Source: Vulcanimicrobiota bacterium (GTDB lineage: Bacteria; Vulcanimicrobiota; Vulcanimicrobiia; Vulcanimicrobiales; Vulcanimicrobiaceae). From it: 64,000 nt of DNA. Position 1 is the first letter of the stretch; each line of letters opens with the position of its first letter. Both the position numbers and the translations under genes were made by a program. Below are positions 1-11,861 of this stretch, in pieces. The notes below the pieces were generated by a model, which saw only the letters and a program-made list of their open reading frames with translations, ran no database searches and was not told the origin of the DNA. The DNA lies in the NCBI GenBank assembly GCA_963833095.1, contig CAWHWQ010000001.1:800001-864000 (forward strand), given 5' to 3'.

Positions 1-1930
1 ATCGGCCAATCTTCCGGCGATCTTGCGAGCTCAAGGCTTTGACTATTACGTCATTGGGCGCGGGATGTTCGCTGATGGAACGATTCCGCCCGGAGCATTC
101 ATCTGGCACTCGCTCGGCGATTCGTCGGTGGTGGGCTACAACAACCCGTTGGCGGGTGGCACTAATGATGCCATCAAGACCGTCGACGAGGCGGCAAAAC
201 TGGGGAATGACCCACTCGTCTGGTTCGGGTTGGGCGATCACGGCGGCGGCCCGACCATGGAATCCGTTGGAGCGCTGACGCAATATCTCAAAACCCCTGG
301 CGCCCCGAAGGCGCAGTTTTCTCGGGTGGAGCCCTATCTGCGCTCGATCGGTTCGCCCCTTACGAATAAGCGCGGCGAGATTGAAGGCGTGTTCCCCGGC
401 GCCTACACGAATTGCTATGACATGAAGCGGTCGGCGATCGACGCGGAACGGTCGCTCATCGATTGCGAGCGCTTCGACGTGCTCGCCACACTATGCGACA
501 TCGATCTCCCCGCGCCCGACCTCGACGACTTGTGGGAGACGCTGCTGCTCAATCAACATCATGATACGATCTCCGCAACGGGGCTTCGTGGGAACATCGA
601 GGCGGCAATAGGGCAAAACCGTTCCGTTGCCGATCGCGCGTCCGACAAATCGCGCGTTTATCTCGAGAGCATCCTCGATCGCATTCCCCATTCCCCAAGT
701 GACGACGCGATGCTTGTGATCTTCAATCCATTGCCGCACGCCGTTCGTACCGTCACTCGTTATCCGTTGTCCGTTCCCCCGGGGAAGGTTCCGAACATCC
801 TCGATAGCAGCGGCGCCGCGGCCGCGACTCAGATCGCCGCGTCCGACCAGACCATCTATCCCAATCAGAGCGCGCCGACGTGCATTACCGTCGACCTGCC
901 GGCGTTTGGATTTGCGGCATATCGCGTGAAGGGGCACGCCGATGCTCCACCCGCCGCGCCGCTACATGTGCCCGGAATGCTTGAATCAAACGCACTGCGT
1001 GTGGAGTTAGATGCTTCTTCCGGCCTTCCGTCGCAGTTGCAGGATGCTCAAGGGACGGTTCTTTTGAGTAGGCCACGTTTCGCCGTCTTCAGCGATCGTG
1101 AAGACACCTGGGGATCGAATGGGCTCGCGACATACCCCGAATTCGGCTCTTTCGATCTGCAATCGCAGCGCGTGCTCGAGTGGGGGCCAGTGCGCATGGT
1201 CGTCGAGGGGACCTACGCATTCCGCGCTTCGCGACTCGTGGTGCGCACAGAGCTGCGGAACGGTGAGCGCGCGGTGCGCCTCATGATTGATGCGGACTGG
1301 AACGAGCCCTTCATGCGCTACGCTTTGGCGGTGGACGTCCCCGGGTCTACCGCCTTCTACGATATTCCGTTCGGCGTAATCGAGCGACCGTCAGCGCCGA
1401 GCATTGCTCCAGGCCTGTCTTTCATAGCTCGCCGTCGTGAACCGCGTGGAATGCTTGCGCTTGTGAGTTGCGGCAGTCACGGATTTTGGGCTTCCGCGAC
1501 CACAATCGGCGTCACGCTCGCGCGCTCGACGCCATACTCGTCCCTTGACTCGGTGGATCCGAGCGCTACCGACTTTCAAGACACCGGCCGGCGCCAAGTT
1601 TCGCTGATGATCTCACTCGGCGATGACGTTGCGGAATTACGCCGCGTCGCCGACGCCTTTGAGCGGACGTTCCCCGTGCTTTGGAATGGCGTGCACGACG
1701 GGCCCGCCAATCCCCGAGCGAGCTTCGCCCGAATTCCCGACGGCGTGACGCTCGCTTCTGCGCGAAGAACAGCTGGGTCGACCGAACTTCGCCTCCACAA
1801 CCTGAGCGCCGACGTCGTCGAGGCGACAGGTCGGGTCGGCTCGGCGGCGTTCGGTCTCACGCTGGACGCCTTTGGAATTCGCACCCTGGGGCTTCGCGGC
1901 GCACGATTTGAAGACGTTACGCAGGGCTAG
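1..1930 (+). CDS. Glycoside hydrolase family 38 (alpha-mannosidase-like), probably 5'-truncated by the window edge
   Basis: ORF 23..1930, frame open to the window start; GH38-type motifs G(L)GDHGGGPT and LLLNQHHD; C-terminal beta domains with YDIPFGVIER. Confidence 0.85.
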   Translation, partial: SANLPAILRAQGFDYYVIGRGMFADGTIPPGAFIWHSLGDSSVVGYNNPLAGGTNDAIKTVDEAAKLGNDPLVWFGLGDHGGGPTMESVGALTQYLKTPGAPKAQFSRVEPYLRSIGSPLTNKRGEIEGVFPGAYTNCYDMKRSAIDAERSLIDCERFDVLATLCDIDLPAPDLDDLWETLLLNQHHDTISATGLRGNIEAAIGQNRSVADRASDKSRVYLESILDRIPHSPSDDAMLVIFNPLPHAVRTVTRYPLSVPPGKVPNILDSSGAAAATQIAASDQTIYPNQSAPTCITVDLPAFGFAAYRVKGHADAPPAAPLHVPGMLESNALRVELDASSGLPSQLQDAQGTVLLSRPRFAVFSDREDTWGSNGLATYPEFGSFDLQSQRVLEWGPVRMVVEGTYAFRASRLVVRTELRNGERAVRLMIDADWNEPFMRYALAVDVPGSTAFYDIPFGVIERPSAPSIAPGLSFIARRREPRGMLALVSCGSHGFWASATTIGVTLARSTPYSSLDSVDPSATDFQDTGRRQVSLMISLGDDVAELRRVADAFERTFPVLWNGVHDGPANPRASFARIPDGVTLASARRTAGSTELRLHNLSADVVEATGRVGSAAFGLTLDAFGIRTLGLRGARFEDVTQG

Positions 1931-4373
1931 AACTGCAGCGTTTGTCGCTGCGCTTCTTGTCCTTGTCTTCGCCGACCGGTTGAATAATATACCCTTGCTC
2001 GCCACTACTCTCGAAATCGTCTCATCGGCGATTTGCCTTGGCTTACTTCTTTTACCCAGTGCGAATGGCCAGCCAGAAAGCACCCGTTTGAACCCGCTCG
2101 CGGCGTCGCTGCTTGGCGCAAGTGGCGCGCTCGCGGGCACACTTGGCTGGCTTGCGGGAACTCCCGCATTCGCGCACGACTGGAAGTGGCCGCTGGATTC
2201 GCTTCAATCGCACGATCAGCTCGCAATGCTCGCATCGATATGGCTACCGTGGGGCTCCGGGGCGCCGGCGATACAGGCGCTTGGAAATTATCCGATCGCG
2301 TTACTTGGATGGGCATTCGGCTATCTACTCCCAAGCAATCTCGCGCTGCTCGCTGTGCTGACGATCATCGGTGGATGCGGCGGTTTGGGAATCGCAGCTC
2401 TCGCAGCGCGAGCAGGCCTCTCGCACCCGTATCAGGCAGTTCTCGCGCTTAGTTTTGCAGCGATGCCGGCGTGGTTCAATCGCCTGGATGCGGGCCATCT
2501 CGAATGGCTGCTTGGATACGCACTCTTTCCGGGCGCGCTTGCGATCGTGCTCTCCAGCATGGATGCTCGCCGAGTCGCGGGCACTCTTGGAGCTCTGTGG
2601 GGCATAGCCGGCGGACAGGCACAGTTTCTGTTCCTCTTTCCGCTGGTGGCACTCCCGCTCGCCGTTCGGTCGCGGCGGCTTGCCGCTGTCGGGGCGGCGC
2701 TGCTGCTCATGGTCGTCATTCAACTACCGGCAATCGTGGCAATGATCTACGCACATAGCCTCGGTGCGTTCGCGTCGCAACAAACTAACCTAACGTGGCA
2801 GATGGCCCAAAGCGATCCTCTTTCACTTTCTCTTCTCTCCGGCGCCGACCCGGCGCATTATTTCGCCCATTGGCAAAGCGCAAGCGCATTTGTGCTATCC
2901 CTCGGCATCGTTGTTTTTGCCGGAATCGGGGTCTTCAGCAGCAGCTTGACCCGAATCCTCGCTGCGGCATGGCTGCTCTGTGCGTTGTGGAGCAGCGGGC
3001 TCGACGGTCCGCTCGCGATTCCGATCGCGTGGTTCTTCACCCACGTCCCTGACGCAGTAGCGTTGCGCGAATTCGCGCATGTCCAAGCCGTTGTCGCACC
3101 ATTGATTGCTGTTTTAGGCGCTCATGGGATCTCGCGACTCGCTACTGCTTTGAAAGTCCGGGCTTGGGTTGGCGCCGCCGGGACGTTTCTCGCGCTGTTA
3201 CCCCTGACTGCGGCATCATTTTCTGGCGCGATCACGCGAATCGACGTTCCCGTGCCGCACTCGGCTTACCTCGAGCGGGTTGCGGCACAGATCGCGGCAA
3301 TGCCCGACGCGGGACAAATTCTTTGGTGGCCTGGAATTGCCCCAATCGCGCTACGAACCGATGCAACGCGCGGCGGTGTCGATAGCGAAGCCTTTGTGAC
3401 CGGAAAGCATGCGCCGTATGCCGAGTATCGTCCGACCGCAGCGCTCGCTCAAGCGCTCCTCGCTCTGCATTCGGGCGATCGTGCCGCCTGCGGATTGCTC
3501 GCAAACCTCGGTGTCCAGGCCGTGATCGTGCGCAACACTACGGAAGTTCCGCCCGGTGCGGCGTTGTCGTCGCTTGTGAACCCAAATCCCGACACCGCAG
3601 CTCACGCAGGCTTGATCGAAATGGCGACTCTTGGACCGTATCACATGTACAAAGTGCCCTGCTATCGCGGGCGCGTCACGATCGCGAACGACGCGCAAAT
3701 AACCGGCGACTGGTCCTCAATCATACCGATCGCGCGTCGCGTCGGCGCCACGGATGAACGGACCGGACCGCCGTCGCCGCCCCCCGGTTGCGTAGCAACA
3801 GCATTTCCCGCGGCTACACGCCAATCGACCGACATCACACGCGACTGGGTTCCACTCTCAGAGTTGGATTCGCATTTCTTGCAATTCGACAATGCGTTCG
3901 GCGACGTGCTGGTAACGCGCGATCGCAGCAGGCTCCTAAAAACGTGGGCGCTCGCAGCGCCGGCGTTTGCTCCGTATACCTGGCTACCGCCCGGGCGCGC
4001 GAACGAGCTCCTCCCCGCGACGATCGCCGTTTGGGAAACAGCACGTTGCCCCATCGGCGCGCAACCGGCGCGAGGCACGGTCGCGAATGCAGCGCCCTCG
4101 AGGTCATTCGAGAATGGGACTTTTTACCTATCGCGTACGAGCCTCGTCGTGGCTCATTACGGGTGGTATGCGGGATGGAGCTTGCTCGCGGACGGAGAAC
4201 CTGACCTCAAACCGACGCTCGCCGATGGTTACGCAACCGGTTGGCTCCTTCACCCTGGCCGGCGGCAGCTGGCGATGGTTGAGGCCGGGCCTCCAATCGG
4301 TCTGCTTTGGACCGGGGTGATTCTCGCCGGGCTCATCTGTTTGTTTATGATCGTCGTTCCTGTCCGCAGGTGA
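1908..4373 (+). CDS. Large multi-TM membrane protein, GT-C-like (AftD/DUF3367/YfhO-like architecture)
   Basis: About 12 hydrophobic segments, HDW motif in first loop, soluble domain, C-terminal ADGYATGW motif plus terminal TM; TTG start at 1908 is inferred. Confidence 0.6.
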   Translation: MKTLRRARTAAFVAALLVLVFADRLNNIPLLATTLEIVSSAICLGLLLLPSANGQPESTRLNPLAASLLGASGALAGTLGWLAGTPAFAHDWKWPLDSLQSHDQLAMLASIWLPWGSGAPAIQALGNYPIALLGWAFGYLLPSNLALLAVLTIIGGCGGLGIAALAARAGLSHPYQAVLALSFAAMPAWFNRLDAGHLEWLLGYALFPGALAIVLSSMDARRVAGTLGALWGIAGGQAQFLFLFPLVALPLAVRSRRLAAVGAALLLMVVIQLPAIVAMIYAHSLGAFASQQTNLTWQMAQSDPLSLSLLSGADPAHYFAHWQSASAFVLSLGIVVFAGIGVFSSSLTRILAAAWLLCALWSSGLDGPLAIPIAWFFTHVPDAVALREFAHVQAVVAPLIAVLGAHGISRLATALKVRAWVGAAGTFLALLPLTAASFSGAITRIDVPVPHSAYLERVAAQIAAMPDAGQILWWPGIAPIALRTDATRGGVDSEAFVTGKHAPYAEYRPTAALAQALLALHSGDRAACGLLANLGVQAVIVRNTTEVPPGAALSSLVNPNPDTAAHAGLIEMATLGPYHMYKVPCYRGRVTIANDAQITGDWSSIIPIARRVGATDERTGPPSPPPGCVATAFPAATRQSTDITRDWVPLSELDSHFLQFDNAFGDVLVTRDRSRLLKTWALAAPAFAPYTWLPPGRANELLPATIAVWETARCPIGAQPARGTVANAAPSRSFENGTFYLSRTSLVVAHYGWYAGWSLLADGEPDLKPTLADGYATGWLLHPGRRQLAMVEAGPPIGLLWTGVILAGLICLFMIVVPVRR

Positions 4374-7300
4374 CGACTAACGAGGTTTTCTTCTTGACGC
4401 GCCGGACGCTCTTTCGTTCAATCTATCGTCATTGGCCGGTCCTTTTACCGGCGATCCTCGCGGTTGCCGTCTTTCACGCGTGGGTGACACCTGGTTTGAT
4501 CCTTGGCGCGGATTGGGTTCGACGAGTGCCGGGAGAACTCAACGCCTTCTTCCCCTGGCCCCCCGCGTGGAACGGCGCGCAGCAACTCGGCGAGACCAAC
4601 GAAGTCTACCTCTTCCAGTTTCCTTTGATGTCGCTCCTAGGGTTGTTTTCGCGACTCGGCGTGTCGTGGAACGTGATCGAACGCGTCTTCTTCTTCTGGC
4701 CTTACCTCGTACTAGGGATTGCGTGTCCCTATGCGCTCGCGCTACGACTTACGCGTTCGCCGGTCGCAAGCTCAGTAGCGGCGTCGATCTGCGTGGTGAA
4801 TACGTGGGTGATCATGGCAACCGAGCGCGGCGCGATTCCGTCGCTGATTGCCGCCGCGCTTATCCCGCTCTTCATGCTGATGACGCTCGATTTCATCGAG
4901 CGTCCCACGCCACGACGAGGTCTCACCATCGGGCTTGTCTTGACCGTTCTTCTTGTCTACGACTTGCGCTATGTCTATATCAGCGTATTCATGTCGTTGA
5001 TATTCGCGGTAGAGCAGCTCTGCAGGGAAAGGTCTCTCGAGCGGCTCCGGCGCGCAGCTCTGCCGCTCGGCGTCGCCGTGCTCACGGCGATTATCGCAAA
5101 TCTCTTTTGGATACTTCCGCAATTTTTTGAGCCCGCGAACAACGGGACCGATTACGGCACGTTGACCGACTACCTTTATAACTCCGCGTTCATGACGCCG
5201 CAGCATGCTTTGTCTAACTTTGCCGTATTCTATCATTGGGTCGCGTCCAACAACCCATTTCTACCGGCAAATCCGGACTGGTGGTTCTTCGCGCTGCCGG
5301 TTTGCGTATTCGTTTCTTTGTTCTTCGTCTGGCGCCGTAAATGGGTTTGGTCGCTCGCTGCCGGCGCCTTCGTCTCCGTGCTTCTGGATTCGGGGCCGTC
5401 GTTTCCGGTCGACAAGATCAATATCTGGATTTTCCTGCACACGCCCGGAATGTCGCTCTTTCGCGATGTCACGAAGTGGATGTCCTTGCTGGAAATAACC
5501 TATGCCGTCATCATAGCGCTTGGAATCGCGCGACTGTTAGCGTGGATTCGGTTGCGCTTTCCAAAGAACATCCAGCTACTCGCGGCGGCCGTTTCCATCG
5601 CGGCGGTCGCGTGTTACGCGATCGTCATGAACGACGCGTTCAACGTCACGCGCTTCCGCGTCTTCGCTACCTATCACATGCACAGCGACGTCTTGGCATT
5701 GGAGACTTTCCTGCAGTCGCGCCCCAACAAAGATCGCACGCTTATCATACCGCGCGACACCGAACCGATGCGTGCCGCGCTCGATCACCCGTTCGTCGAG
5801 GCGATGCAACTCGAGAACGGCTCTCCAAACGACGGCTTCCGCCACTTCAACGTTCATGTCGGGGATCTCTACACGTTTTTTGCCCAGCCTTACGCGCCGG
5901 ATCTACTGCGGCTCATGAACGTTCGTTACATTGTCGTACCTTATGATTACGACAAGGTCGTTTACTCGCCGCAAATTGCGGCGACGGGATACTACGACGC
6001 GCGCGATTTCATGGCGTCTCGTCCCTGGGCGCATTTCTTGAAGCGCATCGGCCGTCAATACGTTTTCGAGGTCGACGATCCACTCGAGGCCCGCGCGTTC
6101 GTCGCACCTTTCCCGTTCGTTTTGAACGGCTCGGCGGCCGGTCTCGCCGCGCTCAGCGGCACGCCACTTGTCAACCCCCGCCTAGCCGCCCTCCTCCCCG
6201 ATCAGCCGCTGCCCGGCATCGCCTCGCGCGTGCCGAATTATGTTGCTGCGGCATGGCCTGTGGACACGCTGGCTAACGGGAAGGCGGCTGCGGCTGCGAT
6301 TCTCTTGCGCGCCAAGCTGTTGGATTCCATGGCGCAACATGGTAAATTTCTATACGCTGCGGCGGCGATCGATACTGCGGGCACATCGAGCACCTGGTTC
6401 ATGCAGGACCGTCCGATACTGATGGGCACGAAGTTCCTTTGGCCAGCGACAGGCACGGCCAGGTATCAGGTCAACACGCTCGACGTGCGCACGCTCAATC
6501 GGTCGCTGCTCCGGAAGAACGCGTTCCCGCGCTCGCTATCGACCCTTCGCATCGATAACCGCGAGGCGAACTTTTTCCTCGACACGCAGACAAGCATTAA
6601 GCAAGCTGGATCGTTAGCCTACGACGCGCGCAGTCGTTCATATCGCGGAACCGTCGAGATCGACAGCAACAACCCCCTTCCGTTCCACGCGCGCCTTCCG
6701 TTAACCGGGTTGACGACGTCGCTGGGGATACCCACGAGCGCAATCACGATCGCCTTCGATGGAAAACGCTTCGCATGCGCTGATCACGCGTGCACGATCG
6801 AGGGCTCATTTGCACCGGGAGCAAACATCGCCCTGTTGACGGTGCCGGCCACGAGTTCGCCTGTGAAGCGTGCATCGTGGGGTCTGCACGACAAATCGAA
6901 CGCCTTCGACGAAAGCGTCGACCCCGGCCGCCGCGTTTTTCCAGTCCGCTGGCTCGCGCGAGGATTGAACATCCGCATGACCACGACGCCGTCACTGCGC
7001 TTTTACTGGACCGGTGACGCCATGTCAGACGATGCTACGGGCTATCTCGTCTACTCCATGCGCTCCGTCAAGGACGGAAGCACGACGCTCTTTCTCGATC
7101 GTGCCGGGCCGTTCTCGCCCGCTTTGCGCGGTGATTTTTCTGATTGGGTAGAGACGATCCTACGCGCCCGCTTCGCGCGGCTTCTGGCCGAACACCAGCA
7201 TAATCCATCGTGGTTGTTCGCCAATCGTCTGCCCCTCGAACCCGACGGCTCCGGGGTCTATACACTAACGGGAATCGGCATGACGATCATCGGGAAGACC

Positions 7301-8513
7301 GACTCGGCAGAACGCGCCTCACTCGAGCAATGGCTTCCCGCCGCGCTCGAAGTGCACGAGACGCCGGAGTCGTTTGAGATCGCCGGTTTTGACGCCGCAG
7401 TCTCGTCCGGCGAACGCGGCCTTCCCCGAGGATTTCCGTGCTCAATCTCCGGGATATCGTATCGAGCAGCGTGAACCCGTCCCGGGCGTGCGCGAGTATA
7501 CGTTTACGAGCGCCGCTGCGCGTGCCCGCCCGATTCGCCTGAGCGACGAAATCGTAGGGGCGGTTGCACCGAGACTCGATTTCGACTTTTATCAAGACGC
7601 CGCGACGGTAGCGAAGCTCACCGCTTTCGCCAAAAACGGACATCTGCTCTTCAGCGAAATGCTACGGATCAACGAGAATGCCGCGTTTGGCGCCGGTGAG
7701 ATACGCGACGAGACCTCGATTCCGTGGCCTACCGACGTTCCTCATTGCGAGCCGGACCCTTGTGGGCCCGTGCCCGTGCCTGCGGGCTTGTGGCGACGCG
7801 TCTCAATGGATATGTCGCATCTCACACCGGATTGGGCGCAGCGGTACACGATAGAGATCACACTCATCCCCTCGGACGACAGGGCCAGAACTATCCGGTT
7901 CGCGATTGCAACACGCGCGACTGCGTTGGCCCTCAAGAACCGGCTCGTCCCCGCTCTCACTCTAGATGGCGCTGCGATGAAGTACATGTCATCGAAGCCC
8001 CTCACCGGAATCGATTACACCTCGCTGCACGGATCGATCGCGCTTACAAAGGGTGCGCATCGCGTCGAATCGTTTCCGGCCTTCCCGATTCGGCCGGTAT
8101 CGGTCGTGTTCGAACCCGGAGCACCGCGCCGGTTCTCGATGGCTGACATTCGCAATGGATCGCAACGAATCGCAACCGAATATGAGGGAACGATCGATTC
8201 TCATGGCGGATTATTGGTCTTCAGTGAAGCGTACGATCCACGCTGGAGCATGGCCCTGGTCCCCCTCAGCTTCCGGGCAAGCGGCTCTGCCGTGCTCGAC
8301 TATTTGCGGGCAAAACCGTACCTGTTGCCCGCGGGCGATCACTATCGCGTCGACGACACGCTTAACGGCTGGTGGATACCGAGCGGTAAACAGCACGTGT
8401 TTATGATCATGACACTCGACCCGGTCTTGCAGCTATCGGCAATCGTATGGTTCCTTGCCACGGTTGCTTGGATCGCGGTAGTCGTGTTGCGTACGAGGCG
8501 CTTCGCGCAATGA
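4370..8513 (+). CDS. Giant GT-C-like membrane protein (about 1380 aa if joined), split by one frameshift near 7380-7420
   Basis: GTG at 4370 overlaps upstream stop; N-terminal multi-TM domain (GADW loop, LFRDVTKW); ORF 7374..8513 supplies LVFSEAYDPRW...NGWWI plus terminal TM, paralleling the C-terminus of the upstream gene. Confidence 0.6.
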
Positions 8514-8884
8514 CGAGCGCTATGCGCGGGCTTCGCCCGGCTCTTGCACTCGCCGCTATGGCCGTGGGTGCATGGGTGGTTTCAGAACTGCCCGTTCTCA
8601 ACGGGCCCGAAATATGGCAGTTCGTCATGCTCATGGCGCTGCCGCTCATCGCGGCCGTCATGCTTGCTCCGCGAACGATTCGCTTCGCATTCCTAGCCGG
8701 CGCGTGCTATGCCGTCCTTGCCGGACTGCGTCGCCTCTGGGCCTCGGAAGGCAATGCTACGGCTGCTGAACAACTAAGCACGGCCGCGATCGTTGCGCTC
8801 TTGGTTCCGATCGTTTGGGAATTCTGGCGTTGGACCGGAGCACGCCTCGTGCGCGCCCTCGCTAAGAGGTTGTACTCAAAATAA
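8510..8884 (+). CDS. Small 4-TM hypothetical membrane protein
   Basis: ATGA overlap with upstream stop; 124 aa, four hydrophobic stretches. Confidence 0.65.
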   Translation: MTSAMRGLRPALALAAMAVGAWVVSELPVLNGPEIWQFVMLMALPLIAAVMLAPRTIRFAFLAGACYAVLAGLRRLWASEGNATAAEQLSTAAIVALLVPIVWEFWRWTGARLVRALAKRLYSK

Positions 8885-8886
8885 CC

Positions 8887-9906
8887 GTGTCGGACTTACC
8901 AAGATTCTCGTTTATTGTCCCGGTTCGAAATGAAAGCCGCCGAATCGATGCGTGTTTGCGGTCGATTCGATCGCAAAATTATCCGCAAGAGCTCGTCGAC
9001 ATCATCCTGCCGGATCAGGCGTCGGAAGACGATACGCGCGAGCGAGCAGCGCGTTACGACGTGCTGATAATGCGCAATCCCGCGCAGCGGGCGATCCACA
9101 GCTTGCCGGCTGCGTTCGGCGAGGCCAAGGGCGACCTAATCGCGGGCATCGCTGCCGACAATCCCGTGCATCCGGAATACTGCAACCGCATGGCTGCGGC
9201 GTTTAGCGACGCACGCGTTAGTTATGCTCTCCCATACGTTACCTGCAACAACGCCGACTATCCGCTCGCAGTTCGCTACATCAATCGCTTTACCGATCCA
9301 TTTAACCATTTTGTATACGGCGACGCGTCGAATCCACGCGACCTCCCACGCGTCTACGCGCCGGTCGCGCGCGGCGACGGGTTTTCGCTGTACAGCTTTC
9401 CGCCAGAGTTTCCACCGCTTTTAGCGTTTGCTCAAGGCGCGGTGTTGCGTGGGCCTTTTCAAATGCAAGAGGGGTATGCCGACGATGTCGCCATCATCTT
9501 TCAGCTCTTGGAATCCGGTAGTCTGGTTGCTATAGTAGAAGCACCGCTGGTCGATCATTACACGGCGACGAGTCTCGGCGATGTTATGCGAAAGTTCCGG
9601 GGAATAATCGCGAAAAACCTCAAGAAGACGTCGTCGTTGCGTTGGCGCGACCAATACGTGCCGGAAGTTCGCATTGCTCGCCGGCGTTTGTGGCCTTTGT
9701 ATGCAGCAAGTGTTGTTGCGCCGTGCGCCGTCGGACTCTACCGCGCAATTCGCGATCAGGACCGCCTATGGCTCTATCATCCGGTAATGACGCTCGCCTT
9801 TGCCTGGATAGCGGCGAGTGAGGCGACGCGCAATCTGCCGGATGCAATCGATCTAATATTACGCGGCCGCAACCGGCTTGATTCTTCGAAAACGTCAAAA
9901 GAATAA
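8887..9906 (+). CDS. Glycosyltransferase family 2
   Basis: N-terminal FSFIVPVRNE, ASEDDT; C-terminal TM helices; the DXD position reads AAD. Confidence 0.85.
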   Translation: MSDLPRFSFIVPVRNESRRIDACLRSIRSQNYPQELVDIILPDQASEDDTRERAARYDVLIMRNPAQRAIHSLPAAFGEAKGDLIAGIAADNPVHPEYCNRMAAAFSDARVSYALPYVTCNNADYPLAVRYINRFTDPFNHFVYGDASNPRDLPRVYAPVARGDGFSLYSFPPEFPPLLAFAQGAVLRGPFQMQEGYADDVAIIFQLLESGSLVAIVEAPLVDHYTATSLGDVMRKFRGIIAKNLKKTSSLRWRDQYVPEVRIARRRLWPLYAASVVAPCAVGLYRAIRDQDRLWLYHPVMTLAFAWIAASEATRNLPDAIDLILRGRNRLDSSKTSKE

Positions 9907-9912
9907 GCCTAA

Positions 9913-11019
9913 ATGAACATCCTATGGATGAACTGGCGCGACATCAAACACCCGCGAAAGGGTGGCGCCGAAGTTCTCACCTTCGGTATTTTCAAGAGGC
10001 TTGTCCAACGAGGACACCGCGTGACGTGGTTCACCGGTGCTTTTCCGGGCGGAGAAGATAACGAGGTCATCGACGGCGTCAGTATCGTTCGCCGAGGCAC
10101 CGCACTCACGGTACGTGCACATGCGTACACCTATTATCGCAAGGCAAGCGATCTCGACGTTGTCGTCGACGAGGTAAACACACTCCCGTTCATGACGCCG
10201 GTGTATTCGCACACGCCCGTCGTAGCGTGTATTCACCAACTCGCGCGCGAGATCTGGTTTTACGAAGCGTCGCCCGGTGTCGCACAGATTGGGTACGCAA
10301 TGGAGCCGCTGTACCTTCGTCCTTATCGACAGGTACCAACATTAACGCTGTCGGCGTCATCCGAAGAGTCGCTCCGCAAAGAGATGGGCTTCACGGGCAG
10401 AATCGGCATCATGCCGCTAGCGATCGACCAATACCCCGCACCGACGCCACTTTCACTCCCGGAGCGCGACGACACGATCGTTTCCCTAGGACGTGTGACG
10501 CGCTCGAAACGGCTCGACCAGCAGATCCACGCGCTAGCGTTGCTACGTACACCACCATACGACCGCCTTCGCCTCCAGATCATCGGCGGCGGCACGAGCG
10601 ACATGCGCGAATCACTGCGCGCCCTCGCGCAACGCCTCGGCGTCGAAGGTCGCGTCGAATGGCCCGGCTTCGTAAGCGAAACGGAAAAGCGCCGCTTGCT
10701 AGCAACGGCCAAGCTGCTTGTGATGACCTCGGTGCGCGAGGGTTGGGGACTCGCCGTAAGTGAGGCCAACCTTGCGGGCACACCGGCCGTCGGCTATGGC
10801 ATTTTGGGACTAAAGGACTCCATTAAGAACGGCTTAACCGGCCTTTTGACCGAGGAATCACCATCCGCACTCGCGCAAGGAGTCCAGACCATGCTCGATG
10901 ATGACATGCGCTATTCGCGCATAGCGCTGGCCGCTCAAGATGATGCGCGGACACTGACGTGGGAGGGCACGACCTCCTTTGTCGAGCGATTTCTCCGAGA
11001 CAGCACGGACGGCCGGTGA
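9913..11019 (+). CDS. Glycosyltransferase family 4
   Basis: NWRDIKHPRKGGAE N-terminus and REGWGLAVSEA (EX7E) motif. Confidence 0.92.
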   Translation: MNILWMNWRDIKHPRKGGAEVLTFGIFKRLVQRGHRVTWFTGAFPGGEDNEVIDGVSIVRRGTALTVRAHAYTYYRKASDLDVVVDEVNTLPFMTPVYSHTPVVACIHQLAREIWFYEASPGVAQIGYAMEPLYLRPYRQVPTLTLSASSEESLRKEMGFTGRIGIMPLAIDQYPAPTPLSLPERDDTIVSLGRVTRSKRLDQQIHALALLRTPPYDRLRLQIIGGGTSDMRESLRALAQRLGVEGRVEWPGFVSETEKRRLLATAKLLVMTSVREGWGLAVSEANLAGTPAVGYGILGLKDSIKNGLTGLLTEESPSALAQGVQTMLDDDMRYSRIALAAQDDARTLTWEGTTSFVERFLRDSTDGR

Positions 11020-11861
11020 TGAGTGAGCGTGGCGTTCTAGCACGCCCCAAGCTTTCGGTCGTGATGCCCGCATATAACGAGGCGTCGCACATCGTCGAGA
11101 ATATGCTCGAGACGATCGAAACCTTGTCGGAGTTCTGCCCAAGCTTCGAAATTGTTGTCGTCGATGACGGCAGCCCGGATGGCACATATCTTCCCGCGAT
11201 CCGCGCACTCGCCGAACTCGACGAAAACATACGCGTCGTGCGCTACCAGCGCAACGAAGGCAAAGGCAACGCTCTGATCTGCGGCTTCAATCACTCGAGC
11301 GGAGAGATCATCGCATTCCTTGACGCCGACATGGATCTCCACCCGGCGCAAATTCGCGGGATGCTCGAGATCATGGACTCCCGAAGCGCCGACGTCGTGA
11401 TCGGCAGCAAGTGGCATCGCGATTCGCGTATCAATTATCCGTTCGTTCGCAGGCTGTGGAGCATCGGTTACTACATGCTCGTGCGCTTGCTCTTTGGTCT
11501 GCCGTTGCGCGACACGCAAACCGGTCTCAAGCTCTTTCGGGCGGAAGTTCTGCGCCGCGTCTTTCCGCGGATCTTGGCTAAGCGCTATGCCTTTGACGTT
11601 GAAGTTCTGGTGAACGCGCACCGCTTAGGCTACAAGATTGCAGACGCCCCGGTCACGTTGCAGTTCACGCGCAGCTCCGGCCGCGTTGCACTCGGGGACG
11701 TCTGGACGGTCTTCTTGGATACACTCGCGATCTTCTATCGCGCTCGCCTAATTAAGTATTACGACACCATGGATCCGGTTTCGCGCGACTATCTCAATCT
11801 CGAGGTTCACGTTGGCAGCAAATCGGTCGAATCCGCGACGGAGACTATCCCGACTCGATGA
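11019..11861 (+). CDS. Glycosyltransferase family 2, polyprenol-phosphate glycosyltransferase (DPM1-like)
   Basis: SVVMPAYNE, VDDGSPD, NEGKG, FLDAD, DTQTGLKLF, FDVEVL. Confidence 0.9.
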   Translation: MSERGVLARPKLSVVMPAYNEASHIVENMLETIETLSEFCPSFEIVVVDDGSPDGTYLPAIRALAELDENIRVVRYQRNEGKGNALICGFNHSSGEIIAFLDADMDLHPAQIRGMLEIMDSRSADVVIGSKWHRDSRINYPFVRRLWSIGYYMLVRLLFGLPLRDTQTGLKLFRAEVLRRVFPRILAKRYAFDVEVLVNAHRLGYKIADAPVTLQFTRSSGRVALGDVWTVFLDTLAIFYRARLIKYYDTMDPVSRDYLNLEVHVGSKSVESATETIPTR

